DNA of 64,000 bases from a candidate division WOR-3 bacterium. Lineage in GTDB: Bacteria > Hydrothermota > Hydrothermia > JBDRYB01. The DNA is taken from assembly GCA_039803205.1 (NCBI GenBank), contig JBDRYB010000005.1, forward strand, positions 49,671-113,670. Reading direction: 5' to 3'. Within the stretch, counting starts at the first letter, position 1; each line of letters opens with the position of its first letter. Shown piece by piece: positions 9,077 through 18,537 of this stretch. A model generated the notes under the pieces. That model did no database searches, was not told the DNA's origin, and saw nothing but the letters and a program-made list of their open reading frames with translations. The position numbers were made by a program, and so were the translations under genes.

Positions 9077-10354
9077 ATGGAAGACCCCCTCCTCCCCGTG
9101 ACCGCGGTCGCGGAGATGGAATATTGCCCCAGGAGCTTCTGGTATCAGGTGGCATTCGGCAGGCGCAAGCTCAGCAACGAGCACATAGCCGAGGGGCTTG
9201 AGCAGGACGAGGCAAGGGCCGAAAGGTCTGATTCGCCCAATGTGATATACGGGGTGAGGGCCTTTTCCGAGGAGCTGGGCCTTATCGGTTATCTGGACGC
9301 GGTGATGACCGAGGCAGGGGAGCTCGTCCCTGTTGAATACAAGAAGGGAAAGAAAAAGGAATCCGGGACGGACAAACTGACTCTCTGCGCTTTAGCCATG
9401 TGCATAGAGGAGACAACCGGCCGGGTTGTTCGGCGCGGGTATCTCTATTACACAGCATCCCGAACCCAAATTGAGGTGAGTTTCACGGATGTGAACGCAT
9501 CCTCGTCCGCCATGCGCTTCTTCATGCAGGAAGGCATTGACCTGGTCTTCATGTCCGCGCACGGCAGGTTTCAGGGACGCCTGCAGGCCCAAAGCCCCAG
9601 GAACATAATGCTCAGGATAGCCCAGTTTCAGAGGTGGAGGGACGAGGCTTTTGCCCAGGAGATGTGCAGGGCTTTTGTCATTGGCAAGATACGGAACATG
9701 CGGATCCTCCTCCAGCGTCAGCTCCGAAAGCTGGGCCTTGCGGTCCTGAAGGAGGCCGACGATGCGATGGCATTTGCTCTCAGACTGGCCGAGCGGGCCG
9801 AAAGCAAGCAATTGCTCCTCGGTATAGAGGGAACCGCGTCCGCGGCCTACTTCAAGGGCCTCGCGGAGCTGTTCTCTCTTGAGGGTTTTGATTTCCCGAC
9901 CAGAACAAGGCGCCCACCGCTTGATCCGGCAAACGCGCTTCTGTCATTCCTTTATTATCTCCTTGGAAAGGATGTTGAGTCCGCGCTGCTGGCCGCAGGA
10001 CTTGATCCCTATCTCGGGTTTTATCACTCCCTGAAATACGGGAGGCCAGCCCTGGCTCTGGACCTCATGGAGGAATTCAGACCCGTTATTGCGGATTCAG
10101 TGGCCCTTACCCTAATCCGAAAGCGAATCCTCACCCCCGAGGACTTCAAATGCACCCTTGGCGTCTGGGAAATAAAAGATGGGGCTAGGAAAAAGGTCTA
10201 CCGGGCATACGAGGAGCGGCTTAACAGCGTGGCTGAGCACCCGGTTCTGGGCAGGAAATACTCAGCCCGGCGGATCATAGAGGCGCAAGCGAGGCTCATG
10301 GCAAAGGTAATAGAGGGAGACTGGCCTCGTTATGAACCTTACACGATAAGATGA
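9077..10354 (+). CDS. cas1: Cas4-Cas1 fusion, internally shortened (425 aa)
   Basis: Cas4 YCPR, GYLD, VEYKKG; Cas1 LGIEG, RRPPLDPANALLSF, GFYH, LDLMEEFR; SD GGAGG before ATG 9077. Confidence 0.88.
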   Translation: MEDPLLPVTAVAEMEYCPRSFWYQVAFGRRKLSNEHIAEGLEQDEARAERSDSPNVIYGVRAFSEELGLIGYLDAVMTEAGELVPVEYKKGKKKESGTDKLTLCALAMCIEETTGRVVRRGYLYYTASRTQIEVSFTDVNASSSAMRFFMQEGIDLVFMSAHGRFQGRLQAQSPRNIMLRIAQFQRWRDEAFAQEMCRAFVIGKIRNMRILLQRQLRKLGLAVLKEADDAMAFALRLAERAESKQLLLGIEGTASAAYFKGLAELFSLEGFDFPTRTRRPPLDPANALLSFLYYLLGKDVESALLAAGLDPYLGFYHSLKYGRPALALDLMEEFRPVIADSVALTLIRKRILTPEDFKCTLGVWEIKDGARKKVYRAYEERLNSVAEHPVLGRKYSARRIIEAQARLMAKVIEGDWPRYEPYTIR

Positions 10355-10638
10355 GCGGATTGGTTCACTTTATCCTCGGATATGACATCCAGGACGATGA
10401 CCGTAGGAACGCGCTCTTCAAGGCCCTGGGCAGGTTTGGATACAGGGTGCAGTTCAGTGTGGTTGAGGGGAGGCTCACCCCAACCGAGTTCGTTAAGCTC
10501 AAATACACGGTCAAACGGCTCATCAATCCGAGGGAGGACAGGGTTCTCATAGTTGTCCTCTGCGAGAAGTGCCGAGAGAAGATAATACGTATGGGCACAC
10601 AGTCTGACCTGCCCGACCAGGACATCGTGATCATATAG
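10351..10638 (+). CDS. cas2: Cas2
   Basis: YDI.DD.RR, RVQFSV.EG, D.V.I..LC..C motifs. Confidence 0.93.
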   Translation: MSGLVHFILGYDIQDDDRRNALFKALGRFGYRVQFSVVEGRLTPTEFVKLKYTVKRLINPREDRVLIVVLCEKCREKIIRMGTQSDLPDQDIVII

Positions 10639-10849
10639 CCGCGAGGATAGACTGGGGACGATTTATAAGCCGAGATGAAATCGGCCATCTCGCATTTGAG
10701 TTTTTCCCTGGAGATGGCCGATCAAAGACTACATAAGGCACAGAAGGTAAATTTTCGGTTGCAAAACCCCCTTGACATGGACTATAATTTGGAGGTGGCC
10801 GAAAAAGCCATTTGAGCTCTTTGATAAATCGTGTTTTGCTGATGGGTAT
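10639..10849 (+). promoter_or_regulatory. CRISPR leader with putative promoter TTGCAA(10759)-N18-TATAAT(10783) and 12-bp inverted repeat
   Basis: Non-coding gap between cas2 and first repeat; motifs read directly. Confidence 0.7.
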
Positions 10850-13800
10850 CCGACAACTTCTCTAATTCCCTCCGGGGAATGGAAACACGATAATTGTGGG
10901 CGCCGCTGGAACGGGAAAAACTACCGACAACTTCTCTAATTCCCTCCGGGGAATGGAAACAGCAAGAGAAACAGGATTATGGCGCCGGCTATGAGCCGAC
11001 AACTTCTCTAATTCCCTCCGGGGAATGGAAACACCGCTATCACACCGTCAGCGCTCGTTCGCTTCCAACCCCGACAACTTCTCTAATTCCCTCCGGGGAA
11101 TGGAAACGGCTATATCCACTGGCAACGAAGTTCCGTCAAATAGCTCCGACAACTTCTCTAATTCCCTCCGGGGAATGGAAACAATAAGATGACACCTGAG
11201 CTGTGGGAAATGTTAGATAGCCGACAACTTCTCTAATTCCCTCCGGGGAATGGAAACGATTGTGGGAGGCAAGGCCCGAGTGCAGGCCAATTGCCGACAA
11301 CTTCTCTAATTCCCTCCGGGGAATGGAAACGGACTGCTGGATGTCCCTCATGGGCTACGCGGCAGTGCCGACAACTTCTCTAATTCCCTCCGGGGAATGG
11401 AAACTTTTCCCGTTTTCGAGTTTGTCAAGGTGCTTAGAAGATCCGACAACTTCTCTAATTCCCTCCGGGGAATGGAAACAATAAAAGTGCCAGTAGGCTC
11501 AATGCCATTCTCTTTCCGACAACTTCTCTAATTCCCTCCGGGGAATGGAAACATTCCTATGTGATTTTCCCTGGCTCAGAGAGTATTCCGACAACTTCTC
11601 TAATTCCCTCCGGGGAATGGAAACTGAACTCTTGGCAAAACAGTTCTCTATTGCTGTAGTCCGACAACTTCTCTAATTCCCTCCGGGGAATGGAAACGAC
11701 CATCTTTCGACCAGGCACGGGTCTATTTTGAAATCCGACAACTTCTCTAATTCCCTCCGGGGAATGGAAACTCTCCTTTTTACGCGCTTCATTTGTTGAG
11801 GGGTTGAACCCCGACAACTTCTCTAATTCCCTCCGGGGAATGGAAACAGGAGCTACTTCAACATTTTCAGATGTAGCAATAGAATCCGACAACTTCTCTA
11901 ATTCCCTCCGGGGAATGGAAACTATGTCATCAACCGGGTCTTGCGAGCGTCCGGCTATTCCGACAACTTCTCTAATTCCCTCCGGGGAATGGAAACAACC
12001 TATAATCCCTCCACGAGAAATTTGGAAGCGAGTGACCGACAACTTCTCTAATTCCCTCCGGGGAATGGAAACCGTAATAGCTTTGGCTCTTGCGGTCTGG
12101 GGTGCAAGGACCCGACAACTTCTCTAATTCCCTCCGGGGAATGGAAACCATAGCCATCAGAACTGCTTCAGCTTCTGCCTGGCTTTCCGACAACTTCTCT
12201 AATTCCCTCCGGGGAATGGAAACTGTCTTATAGTATATATCATAAAGAAGCTTTGTTGCCCGACAACTTCTCTAATTCCCTCCGGGGAATGGAAACACAG
12301 ACATAGCAAGAAGCATAGAACGCCGTGGAACCAAAGCCGACAACTTCTCTAATTCCCTCCGGGGAATGGAAACATCTGCTGTCTCAGCAGTGGCCCGGGC
12401 TAGAAGAGCACCGACAACTTCTCTAATTCCCTCCGGGGAATGGAAACCTGGCGATCTTTCACTTATCCGCCAGCCCGAATATTATACCGACAACTTCTCT
12501 AATTCCCTCCGGGGAATGGAAACGCCACTATGGATATGATGTCATATGTTGCTTTCATTCCGACAACTTCTCTAATTCCCTCCGGGGAATGGAAACGGTT
12601 CTCTCAAGTATTTGAGCATAGCTCCATCCCCCCGACAACTTCTCTAATTCCCTCCGGGGAATGGAAACGGATCATAGTAGGCATTAATACGCTTAGGCAA
12701 CAAACCGACAACTTCTCTAATTCCCTCCGGGGAATGGAAACATTGACCCTCAAACCCGACTTTCTGGCCTAGTTCCGCCGACAACTTCTCTAATTCCCTC
12801 CGGGGAATGGAAACCGGTTGGGGCAACGCTGGCCGGGTTGGAGGCTGGCATATTCCGACAACTTCTCTAATTCCCTCCGGGGAATGGAAACGGATAGTGG
12901 ATGAGGGAGGGGCGGCTTTCTACGACCCCGACAACTTCTCTAATTCCCTCCGGGGAATGGAAACAATTACAACTTTTTCTGCTTGTTCTAGTGGTAGATC
13001 CTCCGACAACTTCTCTAATTCCCTCCGGGGAATGGAAACCTCCGGCTGTAAAGGAGAATGTAATCTCGGCCTTGCGCCGACAACTTCTCTAATTCCCTCC
13101 GGGGAATGGAAACTGATTACTAATGCTGGTGCCCGGTTTATCCGCAATATCCGACAACTTCTCTAATTCCCTCCGGGGAATGGAAACCTGACTTTCTGTC
13201 AGCCCGAACATTATAAAGCTAAACCGACAACTTCTCTAATTCCCTCCGGGGAATGGAAACAATACTGGCTACTTGAGCTTTAAGAGTATCAATCTCAACC
13301 GACAACTTCTCTAATTCCCTCCGGGGAATGGAAACAAAAAAGAGCAGTCTGGCTCCAGAGCTGGCTTTAAGCTGGCCCGACAACTTCTCTAATTCCCTCC
13401 GGGGAATGGAAACCCAATGACTCTAAATTTATAATCAATATCATCATTAGCCGACAACTTCTCTAATTCCCTCCGGGGAATGGAAACGCAGGGTTTCGAT
13501 AGGCGATGATGTCCTTGCGGCTCTCCGACAACTTCTCTAATTCCCTCCGGGGAATGGAAACGCGGTTTCCTCGCCATAAACCGAGCCAACGAGCCCCGAC
13601 AACTTCTCTAATTCCCTCCGGGGAATGGAAACTCGCTCATCGAGCACACACTCGTCCATTTATCTTTTGCCCCGACAACTTCTCTAATTCCCTCCGGGGA
13701 ATGGAAACAAATTGCCTCACTAATGCTTCGGCTATCTCTTGGGGGCCGACAACTTCTCTAATTCCCTCCGGGGAATGGAAACACATAGTAGTTAAATGCA

Positions 13801-14004
13801 CTATACCTGGTTCAATAGGCCGACAACTTCTCTAATTCCCTCCGGGGAATGGAAACTTCTTAGGGAAGCTAGTTTGGGATCAACGAAGTCAGCCGACAAC
13901 TTCTCTAATTCCCTCCGGGGAATGGAAACGCATCCGGTTTCACAGGCAATAGGTATTTTGCCGTTCACCGACAACTTCTCTAATTCCCTCCGGGGAATGG
14001 AAAC
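10850..14004 (+). CRISPR. CRISPR array: 43 repeats CCGACAACTTCTCTAATTCCCTCCGGGGAATGGAAAC (37 bp), 42 spacers of ~34-41 bp
   Basis: Repeats counted by eye from 10850 to 13968; hairpin ATTCCC-TCCG-GGGAAT; 3' ATGGAAAC handle gives + orientation. Confidence 0.98.
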
Positions 14005-14178
14005 GATTATCTCCCGCACAATTTCAAGCCATTTTCTGCGCGAACGAGTCTCAATAAGAGAAAGGGTGGCATGGGAGTTCCTTACTCCACGAGGTGAGGA
14101 AATGGGTAAGGGCCAGGGATTTGACCTCTCTTCCCTAGATGATGCTCGGTCTGAGGCGTAGGTGCCCAGCCTGCGCTA

Positions 14179-15444
14179 TCAGAATCCGTTCCTCCGCAAT
14201 GCCTCCCTCTGATACCTCAGAAACCTCTCTTTGTGCCTGAAATCCTGGGCCTCATCAACCACGGCCAGCCCCCTCTTTATCAGGTGCGCGTTTATGAAGG
14301 TTCTGTTCCACAGGTAAAGGTAGACAGGGGTTATCTCGTTTTCAGGGGGGAGCGCGGGGTCTTCCTTAATGAAAACCCTCTGGCCCCCGGTCTTCTTTAT
14401 GAGAAAGTCCAGGGCTTCCGAGCGCTTTTCGGGCCTCTCCTTTACACCTATGAGCCTGATGGTTCGCCCATCGGACAGGATCATTCGCTCCGGACTCAGA
14501 ATCTCCCCTATCCGGAAGTATTCTGGTTCCTCTCGCCTGAAATCCGAGAGCTTCCGAAAGCCTTGCGGGTCCTTGTAAATATAAGGCAATCTAGAGAGAG
14601 CCGCGCCCCGGTCAAACGGTTTTGGTTCTTTTCTCAAAATCTCCAATTGGCCATCAAACCCACCTATGTATGAAAGCTTCTTCTGAATAATCGGTATGTA
14701 GTCAGGGTTAATCTCATATCCAAGTGAATTCCGACCCAAAGCGGCCGCGGCGAGAGCGGTCGTCCCTGAGCCGAGGAATGGGTCAAGAACCGTCTCCCCA
14801 GGGAACGAGAACATCCTAATGAGCCTCCGGGGCAGTTCCAAGGGGAACATGGCGATGTGCCCGCGCTGTTTCTCGCCAGGGAAACTCCAGTGGCCGGAGA
14901 AGAACTCTTTCCACTCGGTTTTGGAGAGCCGGGCGCCTGATTTTTGCTCTGGGGTGGGGGAAGGGGCCTTGCCCGGTTTCCTGAATATCAGGATGAACTC
15001 GTAATCTATTTCAAGGATGCCATTGCGGGGATATGGGAAACTGCCCATGAGTGAGGCTCCGCCGCTGGTCTTCATGGTCGTCCGCTTCTGCCATATTATC
15101 GTTCCCATGTGGTCAAATCCAAGCGCGAGCATGAAACGGAGTATCTCCTCTCTGATGGGAATAACAGCGTATCTGCCGTATTCTTCGGTTCTAGCGAACT
15201 GATCGCCTATATTCACACAAATCCTGCAACCTGGGTGCAAAACCCTCGCGCACTCAGCCCAGACCATGTTGAGGTCGTTGATGTATTCCTCGTAGGATTG
15301 TCCGTGGCCGATCTGCCCTGGGATCCCATAGTCCTTTATGTGCCAGTATGGTGGAGAGGTTATTATGAGGTGGACGGCATTATCCGGAATTTCGGACATC
15401 TCCCTCGCATCGCCGATGATCACTCTGTGGAGGGTCTGGGGCAT
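14179..15444 (-). CDS. Beta-class amino-DNA methyltransferase fused to C-terminal SNase/thermonuclease-like domain
   Basis: TSPPY precedes LDPFLGSGTT; C-terminus IRLIGV...YLYL...FINAHLIKRGLA. Confidence 0.85.
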   Translation of the reverse strand: MPQTLHRVIIGDAREMSEIPDNAVHLIITSPPYWHIKDYGIPGQIGHGQSYEEYINDLNMVWAECARVLHPGCRICVNIGDQFARTEEYGRYAVIPIREEILRFMLALGFDHMGTIIWQKRTTMKTSGGASLMGSFPYPRNGILEIDYEFILIFRKPGKAPSPTPEQKSGARLSKTEWKEFFSGHWSFPGEKQRGHIAMFPLELPRRLIRMFSFPGETVLDPFLGSGTTALAAAALGRNSLGYEINPDYIPIIQKKLSYIGGFDGQLEILRKEPKPFDRGAALSRLPYIYKDPQGFRKLSDFRREEPEYFRIGEILSPERMILSDGRTIRLIGVKERPEKRSEALDFLIKKTGGQRVFIKEDPALPPENEITPVYLYLWNRTFINAHLIKRGLAVVDEAQDFRHKERFLRYQREALRRNGF

Positions 15445-15447
15445 CTC

Positions 15448-16317
15448 TCAATCGTATTCGGCCTCCGAGAGCAGGATGTATTTCTCCGGATTGCGCGGGA
15501 TTCCGTTAACCCTCACCTCATAGTGAAGGTGGGGGCCAGTTGCCTTGCCCGTTGAACCAGTGTAAGCAATTATCTCTCCTCGTTTGACCTGCATCCCCGG
15601 CGAGACAGCGAGCCTTGAGCAATGGGCGTAATATGTGGTAATTCCCTTCCCGTGGTCTATCTCAACAGCAAGGCCGTAGCCCTTGTCCCATCCAGCTGAT
15701 ATGACTACCCCATCCCCAGCAGAGATTATGGGTGTGCCAGCGGGTCCCGCTATGTCAAGCCCAGAATGAAACCTCCATCCACCATAGACCGGGTCCCTCC
15801 TGTAACCGAAGCCGGATGTGACTACTCCGGCCGCTGGCATTATGCAAGGCATATTTTTTTGGTCGCTTATTCTGGATCTCAACTCCTTCTCTAAGGCCGC
15901 GAGGTCCTCAGCCTCCTGTTGGGCCAAAGCCAGGAGTCTTTCTAACTGCCATGTTTCAGGGGATTCTGTCCCTATGAAACCGCCCCTTGGCAATTCCTCG
16001 TATCCCTCAGGTTTAAGCGGAAGCCCGAGTATGAGCCTTATTTCTCTCTCTCTGGCAAGGGCCTCCGAGAGCCTCTCCTCAGCCTCAGCGACGCGTCCAG
16101 CCCTCGCCTCCGCGTCCTGATACTTTGCGATGAGAACTCGTTTCTCTGCGTAGGCCGCGAGGCCATAGATTACCCCACCTAGGCCAAGTATGCCCAAAAG
16201 CACGAGGAGTAGCAGGGAACCAGCGCCCATCCATATTGTCCAGAGGGGAAGCCGGATATCCCGTGTCTTATCCTTCCCTATGAATACCTTTAAATACACC
16301 TCACCATTTCTAAACAT
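15448..16317 (-). CDS. M23 family peptidase
   Basis: TM + coiled coil; HSGLD, YAH, TGPHLHYEV. Confidence 0.92.
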   Translation of the reverse strand: MFRNGEVYLKVFIGKDKTRDIRLPLWTIWMGAGSLLLLVLLGILGLGGVIYGLAAYAEKRVLIAKYQDAEARAGRVAEAEERLSEALAREREIRLILGLPLKPEGYEELPRGGFIGTESPETWQLERLLALAQQEAEDLAALEKELRSRISDQKNMPCIMPAAGVVTSGFGYRRDPVYGGWRFHSGLDIAGPAGTPIISAGDGVVISAGWDKGYGLAVEIDHGKGITTYYAHCSRLAVSPGMQVKRGEIIAYTGSTGKATGPHLHYEVRVNGIPRNPEKYILLSEAEYD

Positions 16318-16408
16318 TGCCCAAAGTATAAGCCCCTCGCGCGGAGCCGATCAACCCGCGCCACACTTGCACTTACCCGCGCCTATGGCGTATATTATGG
16401 AGCTCACG

Positions 16409-16813
16409 ATGAAAAAAGGAGTTTTATTATTTGCCCTCATAGCACCAGCATGCCAGAGGGGGGATCCTGTTCAGGTAGGCCTTGATTACCTTACCCTCAT
16501 AGAGGAGGGCAAATATGACCAGGCATACGAGCTCATAGACAAGATATCCAAAGAAAATACCAGCAGGGAGGATTTCAGGAGGTTCTGGGAGGAACAAGAA
16601 GCCAAGTATGGAAAACCCTACAAACACGAGATCGTTGAGACCGGAACGGACAGCGGAATGATAGTCATAGATTACAACTGGTATTACCACCCCCCGGTTG
16701 ACACTCACTTTTACGAGCCCATGAGAAGCTACAGGCTCAAGCTCAAGAGGGATTTTCAGGGATGGAGGGTGAAGTTCCGCAAATACAAGATAATAAAGAC
16801 GCCCCGTGGATGA
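16409..16813 (+). CDS. Lipoprotein (NTF2/DUF4878-like)
   Basis: MKKGVLLFALIAPAC lipobox; GKYDQAYELI. Confidence 0.65.
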   Translation: MKKGVLLFALIAPACQRGDPVQVGLDYLTLIEEGKYDQAYELIDKISKENTSREDFRRFWEEQEAKYGKPYKHEIVETGTDSGMIVIDYNWYYHPPVDTHFYEPMRSYRLKLKRDFQGWRVKFRKYKIIKTPRG

Positions 16814-18537
16814 ACAGAGAGGAGCTCATCAGTCGTTTATCCCACTTGCCAGAGAGCAGGAAACGGGTCTTTACGGATGAGGAGCTCGATGTGATAGCCC
16901 GTCTCATGTCCGCGTGTGCTGAAACAGGCCAGCCCCAGATTGATATAAGGAAGACGGCTGATGGCGAACGCCATTCTTACCATTTCCTCATAGTAGCTCC
17001 CGACTGGGCAGGCATGCTTGATGCTGTTTCCGGAATAATTCACGCGGCAGGGCACAACATAAGCTACCTGACGGCTATGGTGGACTCCTCCGGCAAGCTG
17101 GCGGTCATAATGATGCTCCTCTCGCTGGCCGCTGAGGAAGCAAAGCGATTTGAGAACCAGAAGGCTGAGTTCATCTCCCTCCTCAAGATGGCCGCGCAGG
17201 GCGGGCTTTCGGTAAGGAGGATGGTGACAATAGGAGCGACGAAGATAAGGGTTTTCAGCGCTGTTCTCAGGGAGCTCAAACACCTTGCTCCTCCTGATGA
17301 ATTCGCTGAGATCATCGCTCCGGGCGGTGAGCTTGAGCAGTTCATAACTACCCGCTCAGAATCATACCTCACAGAGCGTCTTCCGGGGGACATAGCCCTC
17401 ATAATACTCACCCAGAGACGCTTCCAGAAAAAGGTGAAGGAAGGAGCAGGGGTTCAGGTCAAGGTATCAAACATAAAAACCACAAAGGAACACCTGACCG
17501 GCGTGACGGTAGCGGGACTTGATAGGTTCCTCTCCCTTGACGCTGTTCTTGATGCCATAAGGGAGTTCCTCCCGGATTACAAGCGCAGGTATGACAAGGA
17601 GTTTGTCACGGAGGACGGGGTCTCGGTTGTGAGGGTTGAGATAACGGATGCGGATTACAACCCCCTTTCGGCCAGCGATTGCTTGTCCCTTGAGAACTTC
17701 CTGAGAACCCGGCTTGAGGAATCAAGGGTTCAGAGAAGGGACCTGAGGCTCAAGTCGGGCGCGGAGCTCATAGGCAGAATACTCGTTCCAAGGCTCATAG
17801 AAGAGACCGATTTAACCGAAAGGCCCCAACTCCTCATCCTCCCTGAGGGCATGGAAGAAGGGGTGGTGCAATTCAGGCTCATCTTGGTCAACAGAGGGGA
17901 GGATCTCTCCGATGGAATAAGACGAAGACTAGATGAAGTCAAGGGAATAGTGGTTTCAAGCCTTAAAGTGAGCCCAGCGAGGGACAAGAACATATGCCTT
18001 TTCTCCCTTTATGTTGATTCCTCTTATTTCGGTTCAGAGGAAGAGATATACGCCGCGATAAAGAAGGCTGTTCAGGAATACTTTCCGGATGTCCGCGACT
18101 TTGATGAGGGAATGAGGCGAATGGGTGTTGAGCGCCTCAGACGCATAACCGAGATAGTGGTAGAGAGGGGAATAAGCCCCCGTTTTGCGAAGAGGGTATT
18201 CTACGCCATGGACGACGCTTACAGGGTGACAACCCCTCCCGAGGAGATAGCTGAGGAGATAGTGTTCGTTCAGGATATCCTGAGCCGGTTCCTCTCAAAG
18301 GGGGAGGTTGTTGCTGATTACATAGCCCAATCCGATTCTTACTTCTTTGGGGTTGCTGGGCCGCGAGGCCTTCTTTCCCTTGAGCCATTCGTGGAACTGC
18401 TCAGGCCCTACGATCCGATCTTCACGGGCCTGGAGATGATGGGGGTCAACATATACCTCTTCAAGCTCAAGAAAACAAAGGCTCTAAAGCCTAAACTGCT
18501 ATTGAAAGAAATGAGACAAAAGGAGATAGCGAGATGA
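16810..18537 (+). CDS. Multi-ACT-like domain protein of unknown function
   Basis: FLIVAPDWAGMLDAVSGII...NI resembles GlnD-type ACT domain; ATGA overlaps at both ends. Confidence 0.55.
   Translation: MNREELISRLSHLPESRKRVFTDEELDVIARLMSACAETGQPQIDIRKTADGERHSYHFLIVAPDWAGMLDAVSGIIHAAGHNISYLTAMVDSSGKLAVIMMLLSLAAEEAKRFENQKAEFISLLKMAAQGGLSVRRMVTIGATKIRVFSAVLRELKHLAPPDEFAEIIAPGGELEQFITTRSESYLTERLPGDIALIILTQRRFQKKVKEGAGVQVKVSNIKTTKEHLTGVTVAGLDRFLSLDAVLDAIREFLPDYKRRYDKEFVTEDGVSVVRVEITDADYNPLSASDCLSLENFLRTRLEESRVQRRDLRLKSGAELIGRILVPRLIEETDLTERPQLLILPEGMEEGVVQFRLILVNRGEDLSDGIRRRLDEVKGIVVSSLKVSPARDKNICLFSLYVDSSYFGSEEEIYAAIKKAVQEYFPDVRDFDEGMRRMGVERLRRITEIVVERGISPRFAKRVFYAMDDAYRVTTPPEEIAEEIVFVQDILSRFLSKGEVVADYIAQSDSYFFGVAGPRGLLSLEPFVELLRPYDPIFTGLEMMGVNIYLFKLKKTKALKPKLLLKEMRQKEIAR

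Noticed and set aside
14040..14078. Possible degenerate 44th repeat one spacer-length after the array
   Set aside because: Position fits but identity is about one third and the hairpin is gone; not counted.
10894..14161. Many ORFs with repeated PTTSLIPSGEWK / DNFSNSLRGMET peptides
   Set aside because: They are translations of the CRISPR repeats.
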